Assembly (NCBI GenBank): GCA_038142205.1 | Contig: JAYQJO010000001.1 | Span: forward strand, 2,553,659 to 2,617,658 | Source of the DNA: Pseudomonadota bacterium | GTDB taxonomy: Bacteria; Pseudomonadota; Gammaproteobacteria; Eutrophobiales; Eutrophobiaceae | DNA length: 64,000 nt | Reading direction: 5' to 3' | The notes under the pieces: generated by a model | What the model was told of the DNA's origin: nothing | The model's database searches: none | The model's input: only the letters and a program-made list of their open reading frames with translations | Position numbers and translations under genes: made by a program | Shown: one piece after another, positions 1 through 9,633 of the stretch | Numbering within the stretch: position 1 is the first letter of the stretch | Layout: each line of letters begins with the position of its first letter

Positions 1-1
1 G

Positions 2-133
2 GTAACCCAACAGGTGAAGAAACTGACTCTGCCGGAAGAAATGGGTGAACGGTTTAAAGTGATTGCATTAACTAAAGCTTTTAATCAAAGCTTAATCGGT
101 TTTTCAGTTATGGATCAGCGAGCTCGTTTATAA
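2..133 (+). CDS. C-terminal end of a DUF185/MidA-type SAM-dependent methyltransferase (partial, starts before window)
   Basis: Open frame from the window edge to TAA 131-133. The tail ...VKKLTLPEEMGERFKVIALTKAFNQSLIGFSVMDQRARL resembles C-termini of this family (recalled, not searched). Confidence 0.35.
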   Translation, partial: VTQQVKKLTLPEEMGERFKVIALTKAFNQSLIGFSVMDQRARL

Positions 134-147
134 ATGAACGTTATAAG

Positions 148-861
148 ATGAAAGGGTTTAAATGGAAATTTGTTTTATGTTCATTACTGATGTTGGCTGC
201 CTGTAATAAAGAAATTGTTCGAGAAAATAAACCTGTAACCAAAAGTAATGCCGTTTCTCAAATAGCTAAGTCAGACATCGATAATGTACTGGACGTGCAT
301 ATAAAACAATCACAAGCGCTATTGCGTGAATTAATGACCAAGCTTTATAAACGCAATCCACGTGAATTAAAAAAGTCAGAATTAACACTAATCGAAGAAC
401 AATTAGTTCGGCTATTTGATCTTGAACATAGTTGGGACTTTCCTGAGTTAAAGGGCAAATATGATGTTGAATTAATAAAACTTACTTTTAAAGAAGAGTA
501 TCAGGGAGATCGTGTTTTTGCTTTTGTTTCCGGCCTCATGTCAATGATTATGAAGTCGTATAATTATCAATCTGAGTTTTATCTATTTGATACTGTAGAA
601 CCACAAAAGTTATATAATTGTGCCAGAAATATCGAGATAGCTGTGTGGAAGCTCAGTCATAATGTCAATTCGAGTGGCGAGCCCTTTCTTTATAGCAATT
701 CCCTGCCGGATGAAGGAGTGGCTAATCTGAGTTATGAAAGATTATTTGGTAAGTTAATTGCGACACAGGATAATATTACAACGATAATGGCTGATAAAAA
801 GAACCGAACAGTAAAGACAGTTATTCAGAGGATGGCAACAGCAGTCTTCCTGCCTATATAA
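148..861 (+). CDS. putative lipoprotein, unknown function
   Basis: 237 aa ORF. The N-terminus MKGFKWKFVLCSLLMLAACNK has a signal peptide plus lipobox (LAAC). Confidence 0.6.
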   Translation: MKGFKWKFVLCSLLMLAACNKEIVRENKPVTKSNAVSQIAKSDIDNVLDVHIKQSQALLRELMTKLYKRNPRELKKSELTLIEEQLVRLFDLEHSWDFPELKGKYDVELIKLTFKEEYQGDRVFAFVSGLMSMIMKSYNYQSEFYLFDTVEPQKLYNCARNIEIAVWKLSHNVNSSGEPFLYSNSLPDEGVANLSYERLFGKLIATQDNITTIMADKKNRTVKTVIQRMATAVFLPI

Positions 862-877
862 CACCGATTAATAAACT

Positions 878-1678
878 ATGGATATTACTCAGCTTATTAT
901 TTTAGCCCTGATACAAGGCATTACCGAGTTCCTGCCTGTTTCGAGTTCTGCGCATTTGATTCTCGTGCCACTTTTAACAGAATGGCAAGATCAAGGTTTG
1001 GCCATTGATGTCGCTGCACATTTAGGCAGTTTATTTGCCGTTATGCTTTATTTTAGAAAAGATATTGCACGAATTTTATTCTCGGGAATAAACTCAATTA
1101 TTAAAAAAGAGTTAAGCGACGTAGATAGTCGATTATTTTGGTATCTTATTTTTGCCAGTATTCCTGTTTTAGTGTTTGGTTTTTTATTACATGATGTTAT
1201 TTCGACCTATTTACGTGATCCGCTGATTATTGCCTTTGCATCAATAGGCTTTGGTGTATTGCTCTGGTATGCGGATATTGCCGGTAAACGGATCCGTCAA
1301 ATTAATTCTATTGGTTTACGCGACGCAATCATCATTGGTTTAGCTCAGGTATTGGCGTTAGTACCGGGTACATCGCGTTCCGGTATAACTATGACAGCGG
1401 CATTAATGTTAGGTCTGGATAGGCAAAGTGCTGCGCGCTTTTCCTTTTTAATGGCTGTGCCTATTATACTGGTGGCTGGTTTATATGAATCTTTAAAACT
1501 GATTCAAATGAATGTCACCGTCGACTTAAATAATTTTATTATTACGGCAGTTCTATCTGCAGTCAGTGCCTTGCTTTCTATTCATCTTTTTCTTAAGTTT
1601 CTTGATAAAGTCGGCATGCTACCTTTTGTTATTTACCGACTGGCATTGGGATTGGTTTTGGTCTATATATTTATATAG
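878..1678 (+). CDS. uppP: undecaprenyl-diphosphate phosphatase
   Basis: 266 aa polytopic protein with the EFLPVSSSAHL motif typical of UppP/BacA. Confidence 0.9.
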   Translation: MDITQLIILALIQGITEFLPVSSSAHLILVPLLTEWQDQGLAIDVAAHLGSLFAVMLYFRKDIARILFSGINSIIKKELSDVDSRLFWYLIFASIPVLVFGFLLHDVISTYLRDPLIIAFASIGFGVLLWYADIAGKRIRQINSIGLRDAIIIGLAQVLALVPGTSRSGITMTAALMLGLDRQSAARFSFLMAVPIILVAGLYESLKLIQMNVTVDLNNFIITAVLSAVSALLSIHLFLKFLDKVGMLPFVIYRLALGLVLVYIFI

Positions 1679-1763
1679 TGAAAGTAAACGAATAGGCTCT
1701 ATCTCAAGCTAAAACTATATCGATCGATAGTATTAATGAATGTAACTTATCCAGGAAAGGTTA

Positions 1764-2057
1764 ATGACTAAACTTCGCGTGTTAGATGACAGTATGTTTG
1801 AATTACTCCGAATGGGTGAAACCGAAGCATTTAATAAGAAACGTGATATATCTGTTGAATACGATCTCAGTGGTACAGATTTAAGTCGTATCGATTTACG
1901 TGGTATTGATTTTCGTAAGGCAAAAATGGAAGGTGCCAGCTTTGCTGGTGCAAAGATTTCTGGATGTTATTTTCCTATCGAGTTACGAGCTGATGAAATA
2001 TTATTTTCACTTGAGCATGGTACGAGGGTAAGGTATAGCCGTCCTGGTGCTTTTTAA
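1764..2057 (+). CDS. pentapeptide-repeat protein
   Basis: 97 aa with tandem pentapeptide-like repeats (DLSGTDLSRIDLRGIDFRKAKMEGASFAGAKISG). Confidence 0.7.
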   Translation: MTKLRVLDDSMFELLRMGETEAFNKKRDISVEYDLSGTDLSRIDLRGIDFRKAKMEGASFAGAKISGCYFPIELRADEILFSLEHGTRVRYSRPGAF

Positions 2058-2065
2058 AAAAGAAT

Positions 2066-3274
2066 TTAGGCGCTTATATTTTTAATATTCTCAATACGTT
2101 TTTTCTTAATTTCTTCTCCTAGTGCTTTTCCTTCAATCCCTTGTTCCTGCAAGGCTTTAGTTGCAACTTCATTTGCGGCGTTAAATGCACTCATAAAATA
2201 CTCTGCTTGAGGGTATTCGCAATCTTCAAAACTGGCGCGTCCCCGCGCATCTGCCTTACAGGCAATTAAGAATTGTTGAAAACGTTCAGGCCGTCTAAAC
2301 GCATCCAACTGTTCCAATTTTTTTAATACAGTTGAAGGTTTCATTTCCTTTATGCGATGACAATCAAGGTGGTATTTAGAAACACATGAAGCCAGTTCTT
2401 TATACTTATTAGGGATTCGATAGCGTTTACATAATTTATCTATAATTTTTACACCGCGTGCTTCATGGCCATGATGACTGGGTAATTCGTTTTTCGGCGT
2501 GCTTGCTTTGCCCAAATCATGTACTAATGTAGCGAAACGCACTTGAGGATCGTCTGACAATCGGGCTGCTTGATTCAGGCTCATTATAGTATGTAAGCCT
2601 GTATCAATTTCAGGATGATGTTCTTTCGGTTGAGGGATACCAAACAAAGCTTCAATTTCAGGGAAAAGTTTTATTAATGCATTACAAGAACGTAATACAA
2701 GAATAAAACGTGCTGGATACTTTCCTTCCAACGCTTTTAACAACTCTGTCCAGACGCGTTCAGGTACTAATGCTTCAAGTTCATCCGTTGCTGCAATTTC
2801 TTTTAATAATTGACTTGTCTCAGGAGCGATCTTAAAACCTAATGTTGCTGCAAAGCGTGCAATGCGTAATACGCGTAAAGGATCTTCAACAAAGGCACCG
2901 GAGACATGACGTAACAAGCCTTGTTTAATATCGGTTTCACCATTATAAGGATCAATAAGCTTGCCTGATTCATCTTCAGCAATGGCGTTGATAGTTAAAT
3001 CTCGACGTTGTAAATCTTCTTCAATTGTGACATCGGGTGACGCATGAAAAGTAAAACCTTTATACCCTTTACCTGATTTTCGTTCAGTACGGGCGAGTGC
3101 GTATTCTTCTTTTGTTTCAGGATGTAAGAAAACAGGAAAGTCCTTACCAACCGCTTTAAAACCCTGTGACAGCATTTCTTCAGGCGTTGCACCAACAACA
3201 ACCCAGTCTCGATCTTTAATCGGGATACCAAGTAGTTTATCTCGAACAGCACCACCAACCAGATATATTTGCAT
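2066..3274 (-). CDS. cca: multifunctional CCA-adding tRNA nucleotidyltransferase
   Basis: 402 aa. It has the MQIYLVGGAVRDKLLG and RDLTINA head motifs plus an HD-domain segment (VHDLGK). Confidence 0.9.
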   Translation of the reverse strand: MQIYLVGGAVRDKLLGIPIKDRDWVVVGATPEEMLSQGFKAVGKDFPVFLHPETKEEYALARTERKSGKGYKGFTFHASPDVTIEEDLQRRDLTINAIAEDESGKLIDPYNGETDIKQGLLRHVSGAFVEDPLRVLRIARFAATLGFKIAPETSQLLKEIAATDELEALVPERVWTELLKALEGKYPARFILVLRSCNALIKLFPEIEALFGIPQPKEHHPEIDTGLHTIMSLNQAARLSDDPQVRFATLVHDLGKASTPKNELPSHHGHEARGVKIIDKLCKRYRIPNKYKELASCVSKYHLDCHRIKEMKPSTVLKKLEQLDAFRRPERFQQFLIACKADARGRASFEDCEYPQAEYFMSAFNAANEVATKALQEQGIEGKALGEEIKKKRIENIKNISA

Positions 3275-3353
3275 ATAATTTAGTAAACTAATGAAAATAA
3301 AAACATCATGCCTTTGTTATTTCTGAACAACAATAGTTCAAGAAAGACAATGA

Positions 3354-5399
3354 TTAATTAATACGTTGATTATCCGAAATTTTAATAGCAGTACAACTTA
3401 GATCAGCAATATTCCGGTTTTTTTTAATAGGAGTGATAAGCGAAACACGTTGATTAATAGGTTTAATTTTTTCACCTAAACGCCAGTCGTAGATATTTGC
3501 AAAGGAAAGTACACGACGTACATATTTACGTGTTTCATTAAAAGGAATCAGCTCTATCCATACGTCTGGTTCAATACAACCTTTTTTAGGCAGCCACTTG
3601 TTAACACGGTGTGGTCCGGCATTGTAAGCCGCCGTTGCTAAAGCCACATTGCCATTAAATTTATCCATCATCTGTTTCATGTAAGCTGTGCCGATAGGGA
3701 TATTGGTTTCTGCCTGTTTTAATTTATAGGTTTTGAAACCTCTCATGCCAATACTTTTCGCTGTTTCTCTTCCTGTTCTTGGCATAACTTGCATTAAGCC
3801 TAAGGCACCGGCGGGTGATTTAACATCTTCAATAAAAGCACTTTCAGCACGAGCCAGACCGTATACCCAACCGCGATCCAGGCCTCTCTTTTGCGCATAT
3901 TTATCAAAAGTCTTTTCGAATAAAACTGGAAAACGCAGTACTAAATTGTCATAAGCTTTAGCTCGATTCATGGCAAAGATAGCGCGATCATGCCAACCCC
4001 ATTGTGTGACTAGCGCTGCCGCCATTTGCATTTGGTACGTTGTTAATCTGCTCTCAGCGTTATACCACTCACGTCTTGCGTTATAACTTTCACCAATTTT
4101 AAAGAACTCATAAGCACGCTTGATGCCAGGTAAAGATTCGATACGTGCAAATTCTTTTTTGTTTTCTGGTATTGGATAATGATTCATACGATAAGGTGCA
4201 TTAATTCGGTCTGCTGCCATAAAACCATAGTAATCACGTTCTTTTGCCAGCTTTGCGAAGATTTCTTTTGCTTTTTCTGGCTCGCCAGTTTCTTCAAGCG
4301 AACGTGCATGCCAATAACGCCAACGCATATCGATATCAATATCGTACGGTTGTCCTGTGGTCCATTTTTTCAGAATAGGCCAGTCTTCATTTTTTAAAGC
4401 TGTGCGCAGGCGATAATGGAATACTTCGTCATTAACATGATTATTATCAATCTGATCGAGTAACTTTGCTGCTAACTTGCTTTTGTTTTTAGCAGCGCGA
4501 ACCGCAAGCGTGCGTTCTATTTCAGCCGTTTCAGATGGTGTAAAATTGTAGCTTTGTTGTAATGCTTCCAGCCGTTTGACAGCTTTGGCCGTATCTTGTC
4601 GTGCCAGACGTAAAATACCATGCGCTAAAATTTCCCTGCTTGTTTCATTATCTTCCAGTTTAGGTTTGTTGGTATATTTATAAGGGTTGTTATGAATATT
4701 AACCCACATTTTTGCCAGATTTTTGTATTCGGGATTTAAGCGCTTTGATAAAAAGTTGGCCAGCCCGGTATTATTATTTTGCATAGCCAGGCGAACGCGT
4801 TTCCATACCAATTCATTTGTTACCAGATCGCTTTTATATAAGCGTTCGAATGCCGGATCACACTGTGATGGCAAAGACTTTCCCGCTAACCAGATAGAAC
4901 GTGTGTCTTCTAGAAAGAATACTTCATTGTTTGTTTTCATTCTGGCCTGCAGGTGATAACACTGCATCGTCACATTCGAACTTGGTAGATAGTTATCCAT
5001 AAACGTTTGCCAATGTCCCCGTTTCGCTAATAGTTTTAACCAGGATGTACGTAAATACCCTGCTACGGGTAAATCACTATAGCGTCTCAGGAAATCAATC
5101 ACTTCTGCATCATTAACTTTCCAAAGGCGCTTTAAGATATAGTGGTAACGCAGATATGGATAGAGTGGATAATCTTTTAATGTATTGGCGATTTTGCCGA
5201 AGGTTTTATATTGCTTTGTGTCCAGTGCTTTTTTTGCGGAGAGGTAGTCTTTGCGCTGTTGTTCAAGCGATTTTGCATAAACAGGTGTGGTTACCAGCGC
5301 AGAAAACAGAATAAGAAGCAAAAAAGAACTGACAAACAATAGTTCATATTGCTTGTTTGTAATTTTAGTCAATGTCTTAGTGATTCTCTTTTTAGCCAC
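3354..5399 (-). CDS. slt: soluble lytic murein transglycosylase (Slt70-like)
   Basis: 681 aa with a signal/anchor and a long helical N-domain. The C-terminal lysozyme-like domain carries ESAF...GALGLMQVMP and AYNAGP motifs. Confidence 0.85.
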   Translation of the reverse strand: MAKKRITKTLTKITNKQYELLFVSSFLLLILFSALVTTPVYAKSLEQQRKDYLSAKKALDTKQYKTFGKIANTLKDYPLYPYLRYHYILKRLWKVNDAEVIDFLRRYSDLPVAGYLRTSWLKLLAKRGHWQTFMDNYLPSSNVTMQCYHLQARMKTNNEVFFLEDTRSIWLAGKSLPSQCDPAFERLYKSDLVTNELVWKRVRLAMQNNNTGLANFLSKRLNPEYKNLAKMWVNIHNNPYKYTNKPKLEDNETSREILAHGILRLARQDTAKAVKRLEALQQSYNFTPSETAEIERTLAVRAAKNKSKLAAKLLDQIDNNHVNDEVFHYRLRTALKNEDWPILKKWTTGQPYDIDIDMRWRYWHARSLEETGEPEKAKEIFAKLAKERDYYGFMAADRINAPYRMNHYPIPENKKEFARIESLPGIKRAYEFFKIGESYNARREWYNAESRLTTYQMQMAAALVTQWGWHDRAIFAMNRAKAYDNLVLRFPVLFEKTFDKYAQKRGLDRGWVYGLARAESAFIEDVKSPAGALGLMQVMPRTGRETAKSIGMRGFKTYKLKQAETNIPIGTAYMKQMMDKFNGNVALATAAYNAGPHRVNKWLPKKGCIEPDVWIELIPFNETRKYVRRVLSFANIYDWRLGEKIKPINQRVSLITPIKKNRNIADLSCTAIKISDNQRIN

Positions 5400-5517
5400 T
5401 CTATTCCTGCATTATGAAATGCTTTCAGATTGTCCTTATTTAGCAACGGTTCCGCAACTACTATTTGCCTAAATTTAATACCGTTGACAAGTTTCGAAAC
5501 ATTACCCACGATGGGGA

Positions 5518-6327
5518 ATGTTTTTAGATTTATCATTACAAATTACTGCAATTTATGTGCTAACAGGTATGTTCGCCGGTGTGGTCGGGGGCATGCTAGG
5601 TTTGGGCGGCGGTATTATCATTGTCCCGGTATTACACTTTGTCTTCTTGCAACAAGGCTTTCCTTCTTCTGTATTAATGCATCTGGCAGTAACAACATCA
5701 TTAGCAACAATAATTGTGACTTCACTTTCGGCAACGTATACACACCATAAAAAAAGCGTTGTGCTTTGGCCAGTTGTAAATCGTTTAGCGCCCGGAATAG
5801 TTATCGGCGCGGGATTAGGCGCACTGTTAGCTGATTCACTTTCAAGCAATATATTAAGAGTGACATTCGGCTTTTTTGAAATACTGGTTGCGCTGCAAAT
5901 CTGGTTTGAGTTAAAGCCAAAGGCGCAGGTCGCATTACCTGAAACGCAAGGCTTGATCTGTTCAGGAACAGGTATTGGTTTTTTTTCGACCTTATTAGGT
6001 ATCGGCGGGGGCACGCTTACAGTACCTTTTTTGTTATGGTGTAATGTCAATATGCGTAATGCTGTGGCTGTTTCTTCTGCCTGCGGTTTCCCCATAGCAG
6101 TGGCCGGAACATCGGCTTTAATTATTGCCGGGTGGAGTAATTCGGCATTACCTGTTAATGCAATTAGTTATTTATATTGGCCAGCAGCATTAATCATAAT
6201 TGCGATGACAGTTTTCTTTGCACCGTTAGGCGCACGCTTAGCACATTACTTGCCCGTGCAAACCTTAAAACGCTTTTTTTCTATTTTGTTGCTGATTGTT
6301 GGAGCACGCATGTTATTTAATGCTTAA
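5518..6327 (+). CDS. TauE/SafE-family anion exporter membrane protein
   Basis: 269 aa, about 8 TM segments, two Gly-rich repeats (GGMLGLGGGIIIVP and LLGIGGGTLTVP). Confidence 0.8.
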   Translation: MFLDLSLQITAIYVLTGMFAGVVGGMLGLGGGIIIVPVLHFVFLQQGFPSSVLMHLAVTTSLATIIVTSLSATYTHHKKSVVLWPVVNRLAPGIVIGAGLGALLADSLSSNILRVTFGFFEILVALQIWFELKPKAQVALPETQGLICSGTGIGFFSTLLGIGGGTLTVPFLLWCNVNMRNAVAVSSACGFPIAVAGTSALIIAGWSNSALPVNAISYLYWPAALIIIAMTVFFAPLGARLAHYLPVQTLKRFFSILLLIVGARMLFNA

Positions 6328-6329
6328 TC

Positions 6330-6773
6330 TTATTTCAGTTCCGGTTTGAATAAGAAACCGAGCAAGAATGAAACGGCTATAAAGAAGTACGAATAAGTAA
6401 TATCACCGGAAAATATAAATAAAACAAAGCCAAATATGGCACAAGCATCACATAAGGCCAAACCAATAACCAGAAAAGTGTAATAGTGTTGTAACTCAGA
6501 TGGTGCATTATCCACGCCGAGTTGTATATTATCGCGGACTTTATTTTGCAGTTTTTTAAAATACCCAAGTAAAATAAATGGTGCACCAATACTTAGGAAA
6601 CAGATAATAATGAAAATGCTTTTTATTTCCGGCATAACAGCAGGTATCAAGTTAAGCTTTTTTGAGAAATAAACAAAGACAATAAACATTGGCGGGCTGG
6701 CCTGCATAGCAAACCAGATCGTCTTGCTCATATTTTCTATATTTTCATCGGTTAAATGTTTTACCTGATTCAT
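6330..6773 (-). CDS. membrane protein, unknown function
   Basis: 147 aa with several hydrophobic segments. No family recognised. Confidence 0.5.
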   Translation of the reverse strand: MNQVKHLTDENIENMSKTIWFAMQASPPMFIVFVYFSKKLNLIPAVMPEIKSIFIIICFLSIGAPFILLGYFKKLQNKVRDNIQLGVDNAPSELQHYYTFLVIGLALCDACAIFGFVLFIFSGDITYSYFFIAVSFLLGFLFKPELK

Positions 6774-6802
6774 TAAAAACCAGTATAGTAGACTTAATAA
6801 TT

Positions 6803-7222
6803 ATGACAATCATTCAGCAATCACTTAGTGTTAATACGTCGCCACGGAAAACACATGACATAACAAGAGACGTGCAGACCCTTGTAATGAAGGCTGATGT
6901 CGAAACCGGCTTGTGTCATTTGTTTATTAAGCATACCAGTGCCTCATTAATTCTGTGTGAAAATGCCGATCCGAATGTAAAAGCTGATCTGGAGCGCTTC
7001 ATGCAAAGTATTGTGCCAGATGGTGATCCCATGTTTGCTCATGATGTTGAAGGTCCGGACGATATGCCTGCCCATATTCGTACAATATTTACCAATGTTA
7101 GTTTAACAATACCTATCACTAACGGTCGTTGTAATCTTGGCACATGGCAAGGTATCTATTTATGGGAACATAGGACTTCAGAACACCATCGAAAAGTCAT
7201 TGTAACAATTAACGGGGAGTGA
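6803..7222 (+). CDS. YjbQ/UPF0047 family protein (secondary thiamine-phosphate synthase-like)
   Basis: 139 aa. The pattern HTSASL...NADPNV...GPDDMPAH...GTWQGIYLWEHR matches the YjbQ family. Confidence 0.8.
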   Translation: MTIIQQSLSVNTSPRKTHDITRDVQTLVMKADVETGLCHLFIKHTSASLILCENADPNVKADLERFMQSIVPDGDPMFAHDVEGPDDMPAHIRTIFTNVSLTIPITNGRCNLGTWQGIYLWEHRTSEHHRKVIVTINGE

Positions 7223-7233
7223 CTCGTTGCTTC

Positions 7234-7256
7234 GGACTCCTGCCCTCTCGCAACAT
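7234..7256. repeat. copy A of a 23-nt motif GGACTCCTG(C/T)CCTCTCGC(A/G)ACAT
   Basis: 21/23 identical to 35300-35322. Both copies lie just 3' of a plus-strand stop codon. Confidence 0.6.
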
Positions 7257-7279
7257 CGCCTAGAGGGATGTAGGCGCTT

Positions 7280-7304
7280 ATAATTTGTCTGGAACACAAA
7301 TTAT
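7280..7304. repeat. perfect 9-bp inverted repeat ATAATTTGT-N7-ACAAATTAT upstream of the DUF427 gene
   Basis: Read directly from the sequence. It lies 24 nt upstream of ATG 7328. No T-run follows, so an operator-like role or weak hairpin is possible. Confidence 0.4.
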
Positions 7305-7327
7305 GATATTCCATCCTAGGAGATAAA

Positions 7328-7612
7328 ATGGCAAAGGCAATGTGGAACGGAGCAATACTGGCAGAAAGTGATAACTATGAAACAGTTGAAGGAAATGTCT
7401 ATTTCCCACCAGATACAATCAATAAAAAGTATTTTAAAGACAGCGAAACGCACTCAACATGTTTCTGGAAAGGTAAAGCGAGTTACTATTCAATAGAAGT
7501 CGAGGGCAAAGAGAATAAAGACGCTGCCTGGTATTACCCCGAACCGAAATCAAAAGCAGAAAATATTAAAAACCATATCGCGTTCTGGAAAGGTGTTGAT
7601 GTGACCGAATAA
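7328..7612 (+). CDS. DUF427 domain protein
   Basis: 94 aa. AGGAG is present upstream. The sequence WNGAILAESD..VEGNVYFPP...WKGKASYYS...AAWYYPEP is typical of DUF427. Confidence 0.75.
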   Translation: MAKAMWNGAILAESDNYETVEGNVYFPPDTINKKYFKDSETHSTCFWKGKASYYSIEVEGKENKDAAWYYPEPKSKAENIKNHIAFWKGVDVTE

Positions 7613-7701
7613 TAATTTCTTGGATATTCAGCTTTCGGCCAGAAGCAGACATTAGTTTGTTAGGTTATCTGGTTTAAATTCCTCAACAATAGCAGGTCGC
7701 A

Positions 7702-7931
7702 TTAACATCCAGACGACCCAACCTTCAACATAGGTGGCATATTTTCATGTTGTTCTGCGGCATGAAATGCTTCGTCAAATGCATCCCTCATAAAAAGACT
7801 AATCATAATGCTTTGAAGTAGTGCAATCAAAGTACTAAAGCCGAATAAAAAAATACCTATCCAAGCAACGACAGTAACAAAGTTCCTAAGATAAAAATAA
7901 TCAAGAAATCTGCTCGAATTATAGTTTTCAT
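7702..7931 (-). pseudogene. small membrane protein gene, apparently frameshifted as sequenced
   Basis: ATG 7931-7929 with AGGA upstream opens a 24-codon frame. An overlapping start-less frame, open 7941-7705, encodes ...VAWIGIFLFGFSTLIALLQSIMISLFMRDAFDEAFHAAEQHENMPP... Length 230 nt is not a multiple of 3. Confidence 0.3.
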
Positions 7932-8093
7932 TATGGTCTTCCTAGTTAGTACTATAAATAATGTTTTGGGAGAAAATTTCAATAGAAGTCTACCATCTAG
8001 ACACTTGATGTTGGAATTTAAGTTCTGTAAGTACGCTATTTGTAGCTATGGTATCGTTAATATGACTAAACTATTATTTAGAGAGAATTAATC

Positions 8094-8525
8094 GTGTTTG
8101 ATGTGCAATTACCTCTTGGTACTCTAATCATTATATTAAGCGTCATTTTCCATATTATTGGGCTAGTCTACTTATCAACACTATTAGAAAAAGTATCAGG
8201 AAAGGCTCGTGCTAGTTATTCTAAAATCACCCATTCAATATGCCTGCTTACCGTTTCTGTGCTCGTCATTATTGGCCTGCATACTATTGAAGCCTGGTGT
8301 TGGGCTTTTATCTATTTTTACCTGGGTGAGTTCACTGATTTACAACAAGCGCTCTATTTCTCTGTAGTCACTTCGACAACCTTAGGTTATGGGGATATTA
8401 CGCTATCTGAAAACTGGCAAATATTAGGTACATTTGAGGCAATGGGGGGGTTAATTTTGTTTGGAACAAGTACCGCATTCATGATACAGCTGATGCGTCA
8501 TTTATTCGAAAAGACTGACAAATAA
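8094..8525 (+). CDS. small two-TM-type potassium channel (Ion_trans_2-like)
   Basis: 143 aa with a GTG start. The K+ selectivity filter TTLGYGD sits between hydrophobic helices. Confidence 0.8.
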   Translation: MFDVQLPLGTLIIILSVIFHIIGLVYLSTLLEKVSGKARASYSKITHSICLLTVSVLVIIGLHTIEAWCWAFIYFYLGEFTDLQQALYFSVVTSTTLGYGDITLSENWQILGTFEAMGGLILFGTSTAFMIQLMRHLFEKTDK

Positions 8526-8528
8526 AAC

Positions 8529-8924
8529 TTACTCTTGTCCTAGTCGAGAAGTCATTTTGCCATTATCTTCTATCTTGATGATTACTTTTGCTGGTTTAGC
8601 TTTATCTAGATCATCCGGGATTTGAGTAACAACATCACGCTGATACTGCTGCCCCTTTTGAATCCAACTCAACGTCGCTGGATTTCTCTCATTTTCTAAT
8701 TCTCCAAAACCCAATGAGCATTCTGCTCGTGGAAGAATCACATTACATGAAACCAATGATTTAGTTTTTGGAACTCTAAGTTTAACCTCTTCAAGTGCAC
8801 TTCTAGTTAGATTAATAATAATTAATTCATTGATCGTTTCATTACGAACAATTTTCTCAGGAACACATCCTCCAAGAAAAAAAATAGAAATGAATAAAAC
8901 AATATTTGATTTAAATTGATTCAA
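8529..8924 (-). CDS. putative lipoprotein, unknown function
   Basis: 131 aa. The N-terminus ...LFISIFFLGGCVPE has a lipobox. Confidence 0.55.
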   Translation of the reverse strand: MNQFKSNIVLFISIFFLGGCVPEKIVRNETINELIIINLTRSALEEVKLRVPKTKSLVSCNVILPRAECSLGFGELENERNPATLSWIQKGQQYQRDVVTQIPDDLDKAKPAKVIIKIEDNGKMTSRLGQE

Positions 8925-8998
8925 TTTGATATTTTGTCAGCTTTGGGTCGATTGTTGACGCAAATGATAATGAAATTTTGACAAAAATAATACGACCT

Positions 8999-9574
8999 TT
9001 AGCTTAATACTGTTTTCACGGAATCTCTTAACGCAGGAAGATTCTTTTCAATAAACCAATCGTTTTTCTTTAGCCAGATATTATTTCTTGGTGAAGGGTG
9101 GGGGAGCACAAAGTATTCGGGTAAATAGTCTTTATAATTTTTTACCGTTTCCGTTAATGTTTTCTTTTTCGTGTCGTTTAAAAAATAATGTTGTGAATGT
9201 TGTCCTATCAATAAAACAAGCTCTTTATGTTTTAATGTCTTTATAATTTTTTGCATCCAAAGTTCGGCGCATTCTCGGCGAGGGGGAAGATCGCCTTTAC
9301 CATTGTTTCCAGGATAACAAAACCCCATAGGTATAATGGCAAAATTGAACGGGTCGTAAAATTCATCAACAGTGACACCTAGCCATTCCCTTAATCTCTC
9401 TCCACTGGCATCGTTCCATGGGATACCACTTTGTTGTACTTTTAAACCAGGAGCCTGACCTATGATGATAATTTTAGATTTGTTTGAAAAATTAAGAATA
9501 GGTTTTGGTGCGTAAGGTAGATAGTCCTTGCATACTGTACAGGCGCGAATTTCTTTTAGAAGTGAGTTATACAT
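8999..9574 (-). CDS. uracil-DNA glycosylase superfamily protein
   Basis: 191 aa with GQAPG and HPSPRN motifs. Confidence 0.7.
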   Translation of the reverse strand: MYNSLLKEIRACTVCKDYLPYAPKPILNFSNKSKIIIIGQAPGLKVQQSGIPWNDASGERLREWLGVTVDEFYDPFNFAIIPMGFCYPGNNGKGDLPPRRECAELWMQKIIKTLKHKELVLLIGQHSQHYFLNDTKKKTLTETVKNYKDYLPEYFVLPHPSPRNNIWLKKNDWFIEKNLPALRDSVKTVLS

Positions 9575-9595
9575 ATTTTATATTTTAACGAACAA

Positions 9596-9624
9596 CTCAG
9601 GGCTTGTAATGTACAAGCCCTGAG
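9596..9624 (-). terminator. hairpin after the YHS-domain gene
   Basis: Perfect 13-bp stem CTCAGGGCTTGTA/TACAAGCCCTGAG with a 3-nt loop, 10 nt past the stop at 9634. The U-tract on the minus strand is weak (TTGTTCGTT). Confidence 0.55.
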
Positions 9625-9633
9625 TTTTAGAAC

